A stretch of 25,241 nt of DNA, from NCBI GenBank assembly GCA_017382555.1, contig JAFOAB010000040.1:1-25241 (forward strand), given 5' to 3'. The notes beneath the pieces were generated by a model that saw only the letters and a program-made list of their open reading frames with translations, was not told where the DNA came from and made no database searches. The translations under genes and the position numbers were made by a program. Below are positions 1 through 9,059 of the stretch, piece by piece. This DNA comes from Clostridia bacterium. Its GTDB lineage: Bacteria > Bacillota > Clostridia > Oscillospirales > CAG-272. Positions within the stretch are counted from its first letter, which is position 1, and every line of letters starts with the position of its first letter.

Positions 1-559
1 CGGGGATAAATGCCTCTATCTCCCTTTCTCTTTCAACGATTATACGGGTTGCAACGCTCTGCACTCTTCCCGCGGAAAGCCCGCTTTGTACGGTCTTCCA
101 AAGGTAGGGGCTGAGCTTATAGCCAACTATTCTGTCAAGAATTCTGCGTGTCTGCTGGCTGTTTACAAGGTCCATATCAACGGGACGGGGATGCTTTACA
201 GCGTCCTTTACAGCGCTTTTTGTCAGCTCGTTAAAGGTTATACGGCATGCCTTGGAGGGGTCGATGCCGAGTGCGGTCGCAAGGTGCCAGGAAATAGCCT
301 CTCCCTCGCGGTCAGGGTCGGTTGCGAGGAAGACCTTGTTTGCCGCCTTAGCCTCTTTTTTGAGCTGACGGATAACGTCTCCCTTGCCGCGGATGTTTAT
401 ATAATGCGCCTCAAAATTGTTGTCGATATCGATACCGAGCGAGCTTTTGGGCAGGTCACGAACGTGTCCGACGGACGCCGTTACCTTGTAGTTAGAGCCA
501 AGATAGCCCTTAATGGTGTTTATCTTAAAGGGTGACTCAACGATAATGAGATTTGCCAT
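1..559 (-). CDS. topA: DNA topoisomerase I (type IA), 5' part; runs off the left edge
   Basis: Not in the ORF track; translated by hand from ATG at 559: [38 protein letters not shown]...[15 protein letters not shown]...[17 protein letters not shown]...SAGRVQSVA. These are TOPRIM/TopA motifs, and the gene lies downstream of dprA as usual. Confidence 0.97.
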   Translation of the reverse strand, partial: MANLIIVESPFKINTIKGYLGSNYKVTASVGHVRDLPKSSLGIDIDNNFEAHYINIRGKGDVIRQLKKEAKAANKVFLATDPDREGEAISWHLATALGIDPSKACRITFNELTKSAVKDAVKHPRPVDMDLVNSQQTRRILDRIVGYKLSPYLWKTVQSGLSAGRVQSVATRIIVEREREIEAFIP

Positions 560-602
560 CGTTTATTACGGGTTGCCCCGTTCCTCCGTTAAAATTAGCT
601 TT

Positions 603-1901
603 TTATATATTTCTGCGCTTTGCCTTATATCTTCCGCCGGGCACGGCACGTACAAGACCGTTTACCTCCAGAAGCGTCAGCGCGCACATAATATCCACAC
701 AGTCAAATTCCGCACCGGCCGCCTCATCAGGCAGAAATGCGGTATCGGGCAACGACATAAATATAGCCCGTGTTCTTTCGTCTATCAGCGCAAGCTCCGC
801 CTCCGTTACGGCGGCTTCTTCCTTCTTCTCGCTGATATATATGTCTTTTTCTGCTTCTCTTATGCGTATTTCGGGTACGGGGATACTGCGCTTTTCCTCT
901 TCCGTGCGCTTTCTCCGCTCCCTTGCATAATCTCCCATATCAATACCGTACGATATGGCGGAAAGCTCCGCCTGCTCCGCACTTCGCATCTCTGATGCGT
1001 TAACGGAAACGGCATCGGGATACAGGAAAAGAAAATCCTTCAGAACGTCATCGGCATTTGTTGCCGTTTCCGCTCCGTCCTTGAGAAGCGAGTTTACACC
1101 CGCGCTTCCCTTTTCGCCCACCTTACCGGGCACCGCAAATACGGCACGCGCCTGAAGCCTTGCCCTTCTTGCCGTTATAAGCGCACCGCTGTGCGCATCC
1201 GCCTCCGTTACGATAACGGCGCGGGAAAGACCGCTTATGATACGGTTTCTTTCGGGAAAATTCTGCCTTCTTACCTCTGTTCCGGGAGGGTATTCGCTTA
1301 TTACTGCGCCTCTTTCCGCAATCACCTGCATCAGGCGTGCGTTCCCCGTGGGATATGCGCGGTCAACACCGCATCCGAGCACCGCAACGGTATATCCACC
1401 CGCATCAAGCGCACCGCAATGCGACATACTGTCACCGCCCGCGGCCATACCGCTTATTACGGCGGCACCGCCCTTTGCAAGCCCGTAGCCCATCGAGTAC
1501 GCCATAAGCATACCGTACTCCGTCATCTTGCGCGTGCCAACAACCGAAACCGCGGGGATGCGCGAAAAATCGGGAAGTCTCCCCTTGACGTAAAGCACCG
1601 CGGGAAGATCCGGCAGATCGCGCAAAAGCGCAGGGTATTCCTCATCGCTCGGGAAAAGCACGGCTATTCTGTTAAGCGAGCAAAAATCCGCAATTCTTGA
1701 GGCCTCGGAAAGATCCTTATCCGCAAGCGCGGCAATTATCTTGCGCGAGAGTGCGCCGCTTGGCTTAGCCTTGGAGAGATCGGCATTATACGCACCGCGC
1801 GCCGAGCCGAATTCACTTATCACTGCGCTGTAAGCACCGGGACGGCTACCGACACAAGCGGCAAGCCATATTCCGTAACGGGTGTCCTGTCGGGATGCCA
1901 T
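603..1901 (-). CDS. dprA: DNA-processing protein DprA (Smf)
   Basis: Motifs VSVVGTR, VISGMAAGGD, AVLGCGVD, ISEYPPG, FPERNRIISGLS, SGALITA. Start moved from 1928 to ATG 1901, which has an AGGGGG SD and sits just after the trmH stop. Confidence 0.95.
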   Translation of the reverse strand: MASRQDTRYGIWLAACVGSRPGAYSAVISEFGSARGAYNADLSKAKPSGALSRKIIAALADKDLSEASRIADFCSLNRIAVLFPSDEEYPALLRDLPDLPAVLYVKGRLPDFSRIPAVSVVGTRKMTEYGMLMAYSMGYGLAKGGAAVISGMAAGGDSMSHCGALDAGGYTVAVLGCGVDRAYPTGNARLMQVIAERGAVISEYPPGTEVRRQNFPERNRIISGLSRAVIVTEADAHSGALITARRARLQARAVFAVPGKVGEKGSAGVNSLLKDGAETATNADDVLKDFLFLYPDAVSVNASEMRSAEQAELSAISYGIDMGDYARERRKRTEEEKRSIPVPEIRIREAEKDIYISEKKEEAAVTEAELALIDERTRAIFMSLPDTAFLPDEAAGAEFDCVDIMCALTLLEVNGLVRAVPGGRYKAKRRNI

Positions 1902-1903
1902 AA

Positions 1904-2719
1904 TTACCCCCTGAGGCTTTGATGCCACATAAGCACCGCCGCTGCCGCCGCCGCATTAAGAGACTCGGAGCGTGCGTTTATGGGGATATATACGCTTCCG
2001 TTCGCCTCGCGCGAAACGTCCTCGGGTATTCCGGTGCCCTCGTTGCCGATTATAAAAACGTCCTTGCCGTTTACGTCCGTATCAAGCAGGCTGACGGCAC
2101 CCGCCCTCAGCTCGGCGGCATAAACACGTCTGCCGCTCTCCCTTATAAGGCGCACCGCCTCTGCCCCATCGGCAACAACGGTTATATCCAGCTTGAATAT
2201 TGCGCCCATAGCGGCGCGAAGCGTTTTTGCGGAATAAATATCCGCGCAGTCGGATGTGAGTATGAGACGGGTTATGTTAAACGCGTGCGCGGAACGCGCA
2301 ACGGTACCGAGATTGCCGGGGTCGCGAAGGGACGTAAGCATAACGGCGCGCTCGCCCTCGCAAAGCGCGGCATCGCCCGCATTATGACGGGAAATGAACG
2401 GTGCCTCGCACACTATACCCTCACTGCCGTTTTCCTCGGTAAGCTTGGAAAATGCCGAATCGGAGGCAAGCCTTACGTTAAAGCTGCGTCCGCATTCCCT
2501 TTCCTTTGCCTCTATAAGGGGCAAAATACGCCCACTCATATCCTCGTTTACCCAAACAAGAGATATCTCACAGCCCGCATCGCAAAGCTCGTAAAAAAGC
2601 TTGATTCCATCACAAAGAAACGCCCCGTTTTTGCGGCGGTATTTCTTATCCTTAAGTGATGCGGCACGTACCAAAGCGGGGTTGGAACGGCTTGTGACTG
2701 TTTCACTGCTGATTATCAT
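1904..2719 (-). CDS. TrmH/SpoU-family RNA 2'-O-methyltransferase
   Basis: SPOUT motifs LRDPGNLGTVARSA, IIGNEGTGI, ESLNAAAAAAV; GGAG SD; typical position after rplT. Confidence 0.93.
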   Translation of the reverse strand: MIISSETVTSRSNPALVRAASLKDKKYRRKNGAFLCDGIKLFYELCDAGCEISLVWVNEDMSGRILPLIEAKERECGRSFNVRLASDSAFSKLTEENGSEGIVCEAPFISRHNAGDAALCEGERAVMLTSLRDPGNLGTVARSAHAFNITRLILTSDCADIYSAKTLRAAMGAIFKLDITVVADGAEAVRLIRESGRRVYAAELRAGAVSLLDTDVNGKDVFIIGNEGTGIPEDVSREANGSVYIPINARSESLNAAAAAAVLMWHQSLRG

Positions 2720-2740
2720 ACTATCTCCGTATTCAGGTCA

Positions 2741-2785
2741 AAAAATAGAAAAACCGAAGGGCGCACGCATACGCGAGGCCCTTCG
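2741..2785 (-). terminator. Rho-independent terminator after rplT
   Basis: 8-bp arms CGAAGGGC (2755-2762) / GCCCTTCG (2778-2785), followed by a U-rich tract on the minus strand. Confidence 0.75.
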
Positions 2786-2797
2786 TTTCTTGTTTAA

Positions 2798-3151
2798 TTA
2801 AAGCGCAGCCTTTGCCTTTGCAGCAAGCTCTGCGAATGCAGCCTTATCGGAAATTGCGATCTCGGAAAGCATCTTTCTGTTGAGGGTGATGCCTGCCTTC
2901 TTAAGACCGTTCATAAAGGTAGAGTAGTTCATACCGTTTACCTTTGCCTGAGCGGAAATACGAGCGATCCAGAGACGACGGAAGTCTCTCTTCTTCTGCT
3001 TTCTGCCGATGTATGCATACATGCCGCTCTTCATTACGGCCTGCTTAGCCATCTTAAAATGCTTGCTCTTTGCGCCCCAATAGCCCTTGGCAGCCTTCAG
3101 GATCTTATTTCTTCTCTTGCGAGTCGCCATGGCGCCCTTAATTCTTGCCAT
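2798..3151 (-). CDS. rplT: 50S ribosomal protein L20
   Basis: [26 protein letters not shown]...[11 protein letters not shown]...[10 protein letters not shown]. Confidence 0.99.
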   Translation of the reverse strand: MARIKGAMATRKRRNKILKAAKGYWGAKSKHFKMAKQAVMKSGMYAYIGRKQKKRDFRRLWIARISAQAKVNGMNYSTFMNGLKKAGITLNRKMLSEIAISDKAAFAELAAKAKAAL

Positions 3152-3186
3152 TTTATATATTCCTCCGTATTTTCGTTATGTTTGTC

Positions 3187-3381
3187 TTACTTCTGGATAA
3201 GAGTTCTGTAGATAGGTGCAAAGCTCTCGCTGAGAGTAGTGCCCTTACGCAGATTTCTCTTACGCTTCTGAGTCTTGAGTCCGAGGTTGTGGCGATGCTG
3301 AGAGTGGTTGCACTTAACCTTGCCGCTTCCGGTTACGGAAAAACGCTTTGCGGAAGCCTTATGAGTCTTAATCTTTCCCAT
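3187..3381 (-). CDS. rpmI: 50S ribosomal protein L35
   Basis: MGKIKTHKASAKRFSVTGSGKVK; lies between infC and rplT. Confidence 0.98.
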   Translation of the reverse strand: MGKIKTHKASAKRFSVTGSGKVKCNHSQHRHNLGLKTQKRKRNLRKGTTLSESFAPIYRTLIQK

Positions 3382-3417
3382 GGTATATCTCCTTGAATTT
3401 TATTAACTGTTTAAGTT

Positions 3418-3990
3418 TCAGTTTTCTTCTTTTGCTTCCTCCTGCGCAGGCTTTTCCTTCTTAGCCTTTGCGGGAGTGTTCTTGATAGGCGAGAGCACAA
3501 CGGACATAAATCTGCCCTCCATAACGGGCTTCTTTTCGGACGCACCGAACTCGGATACCGCGTTCTCAAAGCGCTCGATAAGCTCGCGACCGATATCAAG
3601 ATGTGTCATCTCTCTTCCGCGGAACACAACGATAACCTTGACCTTATCCCCGTCGGTAAGAAAACGCTTTGCGTGGTTTACGCGGGTGTCGAAGTCATGA
3701 GTGTCGATACGGCAGGAGAGCTTAACCTCCTTGACCTTAACGATCTGCTGCTTTTTGCGTGCTTCCTTTTCCTTTTTATCGCGCTCAAAGCGGAACTTGC
3801 CGTAGTCCATTGCGCGTGCAACGGGGGGCACTGCCTGGGGAGCGATAAGCACAAGGTCAAGTCCTCTGTCATACGCGTAGGTCTTTGCGGAGTCAAGGCT
3901 CTTAACGCCAAGCTGCTCGCCCTCTTCGCCGATAAGACGGACTTCCTTTGCTCTTATTTCGTCATTGATAAGCAATTCCTTAGTGCTGAT
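3418..3990 (-). CDS. infC: Translation initiation factor IF-3, non-canonical ATC start
   Basis: INDEIRAKEVRLIG...MDYGKFRFE...RGREMTH. GGAGGT SD lies 8 nt before ATC at 3990; the track's 4041 start lies inside the leader terminator. Confidence 0.96.
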   Translation of the reverse strand: MSTKELLINDEIRAKEVRLIGEEGEQLGVKSLDSAKTYAYDRGLDLVLIAPQAVPPVARAMDYGKFRFERDKKEKEARKKQQIVKVKEVKLSCRIDTHDFDTRVNHAKRFLTDGDKVKVIVVFRGREMTHLDIGRELIERFENAVSEFGASEKKPVMEGRFMSVVLSPIKNTPAKAKKEKPAQEEAKEEN

Positions 3991-4007
3991 GGTAAGGCAC
4001 CTCCAAG

Positions 4008-4131
4008 AAAAATTAAAAAATGTGCGAAAAACATTCCGCACATCAACACAAACAGCCCGTAGGACTGTTAAGGTATTGGACCGAGCTCGCTTTGCGGCAC
4101 GGTGAGAACGGAGCGTTCTTCTTCATTTACA
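4008..4131 (-). ncRNA. L20-leader-like autoregulatory 5' UTR with attenuator hairpin
   Basis: Leader contains GAAGAACGCUCCGUUCUCACC, resembling the conserved Firmicute L20 leader segment, and ends in hairpin GAUGUGCGGA...UCGCACAU plus a U-tract (4012-4044) before the infC SD. Confidence 0.75.
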
Positions 4132-4137
4132 TCGCGA

Positions 4138-4166
4138 ATTATATCACCCTTTTATGCGCTTGTCAA
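4138..4166 (-). promoter_or_regulatory. sigma-A promoter of infC-rpmI-rplT
   Basis: Perfect TTGACA-17bp-TATAAT with an extended TG (TGaTATAAT). Confidence 0.9.
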
Positions 4167-4249
4167 TAGCTTTTTTAATTTTTTTGCCGCCTTTTTCAAA
4201 ATCGTAAGTTTCGACAAACTTTTTACCTTTTTTTCGTCTCTTTTGCGTC

Positions 4250-4278
4250 TTTACATTTGCCTTCGGTATTGCTATAAT
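4250..4278 (+). promoter_or_regulatory. sigma-A promoter driving a short non-coding transcript
   Basis: TTTACA (4250-4255)-17bp-TATAAT (4273-4278) with an extended TG and an upstream T/A-rich tract. Confidence 0.75.
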
Positions 4279-4284
4279 TGTCTC

Positions 4285-4383
4285 ACCCTTTACGGAGCGG
4301 GTCGCCGCTCCGTGTAAAGCACATGTCGCTTTCCCGGGATCAAGCTTATGATCTTGGCGGAAATCCACATGTGCTTTTTTATT
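4285..4383 (+). ncRNA. Candidate ~100-nt structured small RNA
   Basis: Starts just after the 4250-4278 promoter. Hairpin 1 is ACGGAGCGG-GUCG-CCGCUCCGU. Hairpin 2 is long (GCACAUGU...GGGAUCA-AGCUUA-UGAUCUU...ACAUGUGC) and ends in a U-run. No ORF with an SD. Confidence 0.55.
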
Positions 4384-4430
4384 TAAATGTTAAAAAATTT
4401 TAAATTATTTTAAATAATTGTAAAAAGGTA

Positions 4431-4459
4431 TAGAAATTTGAAAGTCGTTGTGATATAAT
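4431..4459 (+). promoter_or_regulatory. Putative sigma-A promoter of the lon operon
   Basis: TAGAAA-17bp-TATAAT with an extended TG (TGaTATAAT 4451-4459) and an AT-rich upstream region. Confidence 0.65.
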
Positions 4460-4502
4460 GTACCATCTATATCTATGCAATCGCAAAATGAAAGGAACCA
4501 GA

Positions 4503-6926
4503 ATGTCCGCAACCGTAGAAACGATCGATAAATATATATTACCCGTAGTGCCCCTGCGCTCCATTGCCGCATACCCCGGTATGCCCATTTCGCTTGAGCT
4601 TGGTCGCAAGCGCTCCATCACCGCGCTTGAGGAGGCAAACGCAACGACGGGCAAGCTTTTTCTCATCCCCCAGAAGGATCCTAACACAGAGCACCCGTTT
4701 GCAGAGGATCTTTACGAAATCGGCGTTATCGCCAAAATAAAAAGCGTATCCAAAACAAAGGATAACACCGCCCGCGTGCTTTTCGAGTGCGAGGACAGGG
4801 CTATGATAACCAACGTTATGCAAAGAAAGGGCTACATAGCCGCAGAGGGTCTTCGCAAGCGCGTCGAGCTCAAGGAGAACGGCGGAGTAAAGGGCGAGGC
4901 TATGCTTGGCGAGGCAAAGAGGATCTTTACAAGATTTTCCGAGCTTTCTCCCGGTCTTCCCGATGAGGTGAAGTTTGCGGTGGATACGGTAAGAGACCCC
5001 GGTCTGCTTGCCGATTTCCTTGCCGCAAACGTGCTTACCCGCTTTGAAAGCAAAATTAAAATTCTTTACGAATTCGACCCCATGCGCCGTATTGAAATGC
5101 TTCTCTTCTGTATGGAGGAGGAGATAACGGTGCTTGAATACGAGGCAGACATCGCACGCAAGGTGCGCAGTGCCATTGACGATAATCAGCGCGATTACTA
5201 TCTGCGCGAGCAGCTTAACGTCATCCGCGACGAGCTTGGCATGAACGATGACGACGATGATTACGAAAATCGCATTCGCGCTGCAAAGCTCCCCGAGGAG
5301 GTTGAGGCTAAGCTTTTAAAGGAAAACGGCCGTCTTTTGAAGACCCCCTTCGGCTCTGCGGAGGGTAACGTCATCCGCAATTATATCGAAACGTGTCTCG
5401 AGCTTCCGTGGGGCAAGAACACTACGGAAAAGAAGACCTTAAAGCAGGCGCGCAAGATCCTTGACCGCGACCACGAGGGTATCGAGGACGTTAAAAAGAG
5501 AATACTTGAATACATCGCCGTAAGACAAATGACGGATACCCCATCCACGCAGATAATCTGCCTTGTGGGCCCTCCCGGCGTTGGTAAGACCTCCGTTGCG
5601 CGCTCCATTGCCGATGCACTCGGCCGTAAGTACGTGCGCGTTGCGCTCGGCGGTATCAGGGACGAGGCTGACATAAGAGGTCACAGAAAGACCTACGTCG
5701 GCGCTATGCCCGGCAGAATAATCGAGGCTATCGGCCGCGCGGAAACCTCCAGCCCCCTCATACTGCTTGACGAGATCGACAAGCTTGCAAACGATTTCAG
5801 GGGCGATCCCGCCTCCGCCCTTCTCGAGGTGCTGGACAGCGAGCAGAATAAGTTCTTCCGCGACCACTTCCTTGAGCTTCCCTACGATCTTTCCGACTGC
5901 GTGTTCATTGCCACCGCAAACGATCCCGCAGGCATTCCCGCGCCGCTTTACGACCGTATGGAGATAATTGAGCTGAAGACCTACACCTATGCGGAGCGCC
6001 TTGCGATAGCGAAGCGCCATCTCATTCCCAAGCAGCTCAAAAAGCACGGAATCACCTCCGCACAGCTGAAGATAACCGATGCGGCGATAAACAAGATAAT
6101 CCGTAGCTACACACGCGAGGCGGGTGTGCGTAATCTTGAAAGAGAGATTGCGAACGTTTGCCGCAAATGCGCCGCAGGCATCGCGGGCGGAGACTTCGAA
6201 AAGCTTACCGTACGTCCCGATACGCTTACCGAGCTTCTCGGACCCGAAAAGCTTATCCCCGAATCCATCCCCGCAAAAAGCACCGTTGGACTTGTCAACG
6301 GTCTTGCATATACCGAAAGCGGCGGAGCAATGCTTCCCATCGAGGTTGCGCTTCTCCCCGGCAGCGGCAAGATCGAGCTTACAGGCTCCCTTGGCGACGT
6401 TATGAAGGAAAGCGCGCGTATTGCCGTAAGCTTTATGCGCAGCCGCGCCGATATTCTCGGCATCGATCCCGACTTTTACAAAACAAAGGACATCCACATC
6501 CACGCACCCGAGGGCGCAGTGCCGAAGGACGGCCCCAGCGCGGGTATTGCAATGTGCGTATGCCTTGCAAGCGCGCTGACGGGCAGACCCGTTGACAGAA
6601 CGATTGCCATGACGGGCGAGGTCTCCCTGCTCGGTCGTGCGATAGCGATCGGCGGACTGAAGGAAAAGACACTTGCCGCGCTTCGTGCGGGTGCAAAGAC
6701 CGTCATCATCCCCGCGGACAACGCGCGCGATATGCAAAAACTGCCCGACGAGGTGAAAAACGGACTCCGCTTTATTTGCGTTGAGGATGCGGACACCGCA
6801 ATCGACATTGCTCTGCTTCCCGCAAAAAAGGCGGCAAAGGCAGAAAAAACGGAGGAGAGCGAGTTTTCCCCCATTTCCACCGCAAAGAAAAGCTACGTTC
6901 CCCTTAACTGTGCATCAAAAAAATAA
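4503..6926 (+). CDS. lon: ATP-dependent Lon protease
   Basis: Walker A GPPGVGKT, LLDEIDK, PKDGPSAG (catalytic Ser), IGGLKEK (catalytic Lys). Start moved to ATG 4503 after an AAAGGA SD. Confidence 0.98.
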   Translation: MSATVETIDKYILPVVPLRSIAAYPGMPISLELGRKRSITALEEANATTGKLFLIPQKDPNTEHPFAEDLYEIGVIAKIKSVSKTKDNTARVLFECEDRAMITNVMQRKGYIAAEGLRKRVELKENGGVKGEAMLGEAKRIFTRFSELSPGLPDEVKFAVDTVRDPGLLADFLAANVLTRFESKIKILYEFDPMRRIEMLLFCMEEEITVLEYEADIARKVRSAIDDNQRDYYLREQLNVIRDELGMNDDDDDYENRIRAAKLPEEVEAKLLKENGRLLKTPFGSAEGNVIRNYIETCLELPWGKNTTEKKTLKQARKILDRDHEGIEDVKKRILEYIAVRQMTDTPSTQIICLVGPPGVGKTSVARSIADALGRKYVRVALGGIRDEADIRGHRKTYVGAMPGRIIEAIGRAETSSPLILLDEIDKLANDFRGDPASALLEVLDSEQNKFFRDHFLELPYDLSDCVFIATANDPAGIPAPLYDRMEIIELKTYTYAERLAIAKRHLIPKQLKKHGITSAQLKITDAAINKIIRSYTREAGVRNLEREIANVCRKCAAGIAGGDFEKLTVRPDTLTELLGPEKLIPESIPAKSTVGLVNGLAYTESGGAMLPIEVALLPGSGKIELTGSLGDVMKESARIAVSFMRSRADILGIDPDFYKTKDIHIHAPEGAVPKDGPSAGIAMCVCLASALTGRPVDRTIAMTGEVSLLGRAIAIGGLKEKTLAALRAGAKTVIIPADNARDMQKLPDEVKNGLRFICVEDADTAIDIALLPAKKAAKAEKTEESEFSPISTAKKSYVPLNCASKK

Positions 6927-6945
6927 CGAATAAGAGCTGTTTGAA

Positions 6946-7548
6946 ATGATAAAAATCAACGTACAAAACGCAAAGCTTGCGATAACCGCGGGACTGCCCA
7001 AGCAGTTCCCCGGCGCGGCTGTGCCGCAGATAGCCTTCTCCGGCCGCTCCAACGTGGGCAAAAGCTCGCTTATGAACACTCTGCTGGGCAGAAAATCCCT
7101 TGCAAGAGTTTCCTCCACACCCGGAAAGACCATAACCGTAAATTTTTACGATATCGACGGAAAGCTGTTTCTTGTCGATCTGCCCGGATACGGCTACGCT
7201 AAGCGCAGTCCCGAGGATAAAAAGCGCTGGTCACAGCTTACCGACGGATACTTCACGCGCAACCCGCGCATAGATCTGCTTCGCGGTGTTATCCAGCTTG
7301 TGGACTGCAGAAGCGGTGCAACCGCAGACGATTTGATGATGATAGACTTTCTCCGCCAATCGGAGCTGCCGTTCATCATCTGCGTAACGAAGACCGACAA
7401 GCTCGGCAAGACCGCACTGAGCGAATCGCTTGATTCCATTGCCGAGAGCTGCGGTGTAGAAAGAGAGGAGCTTGTACCCTTCTCCTCCCTCTCCGGCGCA
7501 GGCAAGACCGAGCTTTGGAACCGCATCTACGAACTTCTCGAAAGGTAA
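6946..7548 (+). CDS. engB: Ribosome biogenesis GTPase EngB/YihA/YsxC
   Basis: GRSNVGKSS, PGKT, DLPGYG, TKTDK; canonical lon-engB order. Confidence 0.96.
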   Translation: MIKINVQNAKLAITAGLPKQFPGAAVPQIAFSGRSNVGKSSLMNTLLGRKSLARVSSTPGKTITVNFYDIDGKLFLVDLPGYGYAKRSPEDKKRWSQLTDGYFTRNPRIDLLRGVIQLVDCRSGATADDLMMIDFLRQSELPFIICVTKTDKLGKTALSESLDSIAESCGVEREELVPFSSLSGAGKTELWNRIYELLER

Positions 7549-7552
7549 AGCT

Positions 7553-8239
7553 ATGCTTATTAATCTGTTACAAAACGGACTTGACAAGTGGGCGATTATT
7601 GAGATAATCCTCGCGCTGCCCGTTGTGCTTTTTGCGCTCACAGTACACGAGGTCAGCCACGGATACGCCGCATACAAGCTGGGCGATCCCACGGCGCACA
7701 ACCTCGGCAGACTTGATCTGAACCCCTTAAAGCATCTCGACCCGCTCGGCACGCTTTGTATGCTGATTGCGGGCTTCGGCTGGGCAAAGCCGGTGCCGGT
7801 AAACCCCCGCTACTTTAAAAACTACCGTCGCGATATGGCACTTACAGCCGCCGCAGGTCCCGCATCCAATTTTATTATGGGCACTATTGGGGCACTCCTT
7901 TACGGAGGTGTTATACGCGGCTTTAACGCTTGGCTTGAAATTAATCCCTCGATGTCCATATACAATCTCGGATACGCGATATCCCTTCTCTTCTTTTATT
8001 TCTCTTTTCTCAACTTCTCCCTCTGCTTCTTCAATCTCATTCCCATCCCGCCCTTTGACGGAAGCAGAATTCTTTTCACCTTTTTGCCGGATAAGCTTTA
8101 TTTCGGCATAATGAAGTATGAGCGCTACATCATGATAGCTCTGCTCGTTTTACTGTGGACGGACGTGATCCCCCTGCCCATCGGCAGTATTTCGTCCTTC
8201 CTGCTCGATAAAATATCCTCACTTGTCATAAACGTTTAA
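7553..8239 (+). CDS. Site-2 protease family (M50) membrane metalloprotease
   Basis: HEVSH zinc motif, AAAGPASN, NLIPIPPFDG. Start moved from 7472 to ATG 7553. Confidence 0.92.
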   Translation: MLINLLQNGLDKWAIIEIILALPVVLFALTVHEVSHGYAAYKLGDPTAHNLGRLDLNPLKHLDPLGTLCMLIAGFGWAKPVPVNPRYFKNYRRDMALTAAAGPASNFIMGTIGALLYGGVIRGFNAWLEINPSMSIYNLGYAISLLFFYFSFLNFSLCFFNLIPIPPFDGSRILFTFLPDKLYFGIMKYERYIMIALLVLLWTDVIPLPIGSISSFLLDKISSLVINV

Positions 8240-8252
8240 AAGGAAGTACCGC

Positions 8253-9059
8253 ATGCAGCAGCCTACACTTAAGCTGGAGATATTCGAGGGTCCTCTTGAT
8301 CTTCTTTTATCGCTTGTTCACAAAAACAAAATGAATATCAATGACATCGTCATTTCCGTTATTTGCGAGCAGTATCTCGACTACCTCTCGCAGGCGGAGG
8401 CGATGGACGTGGAGCTTGCCTCGGAATTTATCGTTATGGCAAGCGAGCTTATGCTCATCAAGAGCCGTATGCTTCTGCCGCGCAAGGAGGAGGACGAGGA
8501 TCCCCGTGCACCTCTTGCCGAGGCGCTTCTGCTTTACGAAAGAGCGCGTGAGGCGGCAAAGGTCATGCTTCCGCTTTATGCGGAATTTTCGGGCCGTATG
8601 GTAAAGGATGAGGACGAGCTTCTCCCCTCAAACGAGCTGCCGACGGGCCTTGACCCCGATAAGCTTACCGCCGCGTTTTTAAAAATGCTGTCGCGTATGA
8701 AAAACAGCGAAACAAGCAGCGAAACGCTTATCTCCCCCATAGTTAAAGCCAAGCCCGTGCCCGTAAGGATGATGGCAAACAACATCCTCGGCTACGTGCG
8801 CGAAAAGAAAAAGGCAAGCGTTGTTACCCTGCTTGCGGGCGCAACCACAAGGGGCGAGCTTGTTGCCTCCTTTATTGCGCTTTTGGAGCTTATAAAGCAA
8901 AAGGTGCTTCTTTTGTGCGAAACGGAGGAGCAGGCGGAGAGAGGAGATATCGACTACTCCATTTCCCTTATGCTTAACCCCGAGGCGGACAGCTCCGCGG
9001 TTATGACGGAGTATGACGGCGACGAGCCCGAAAAGGAAGGAGAAAGCGAAAATGAGTGA
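8253..9059 (+). CDS. scpA: Segregation and condensation protein A
   Basis: FEGPLDLLLSLV, SEFIVMASELMLIKSRMLLP, FIALLEL. Confidence 0.95.
   Translation: MQQPTLKLEIFEGPLDLLLSLVHKNKMNINDIVISVICEQYLDYLSQAEAMDVELASEFIVMASELMLIKSRMLLPRKEEDEDPRAPLAEALLLYERAREAAKVMLPLYAEFSGRMVKDEDELLPSNELPTGLDPDKLTAAFLKMLSRMKNSETSSETLISPIVKAKPVPVRMMANNILGYVREKKKASVVTLLAGATTRGELVASFIALLELIKQKVLLLCETEEQAERGDIDYSISLMLNPEADSSAVMTEYDGDEPEKEGESENE

Noticed and set aside
86-2659. Plus-strand ORFs 86-535, 513-995, 1191-1700 and 1919-2659
   Set aside because: All are antisense to well-supported topA, dprA and trmH.
4144-4291. 9-bp direct repeat TCACCCTTT at 4144-4152 and 4283-4291, near both divergent promoters
   Set aside because: Only two short copies in a T-rich region; cannot be distinguished from chance without comparative data.
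4144-4368. 74-aa Lys-rich ORF antisense to the candidate sRNA (possible type I toxin)
   Set aside because: GTG start without an SD, no hydrophobic helix, and its Lys content just reflects the poly-T promoter tracts.
4323-4403. 26-codon ORF (MSLSRDQ...) inside the candidate sRNA
   Set aside because: No SD, the start is buried in a stem, and it runs through the terminator.
5439-6737. 432-aa ORF on the minus strand
   Set aside because: Antisense shadow of lon; no recognisable motifs or SD. Long shadow ORFs are expected from the biased codon usage of GC-rich genes.
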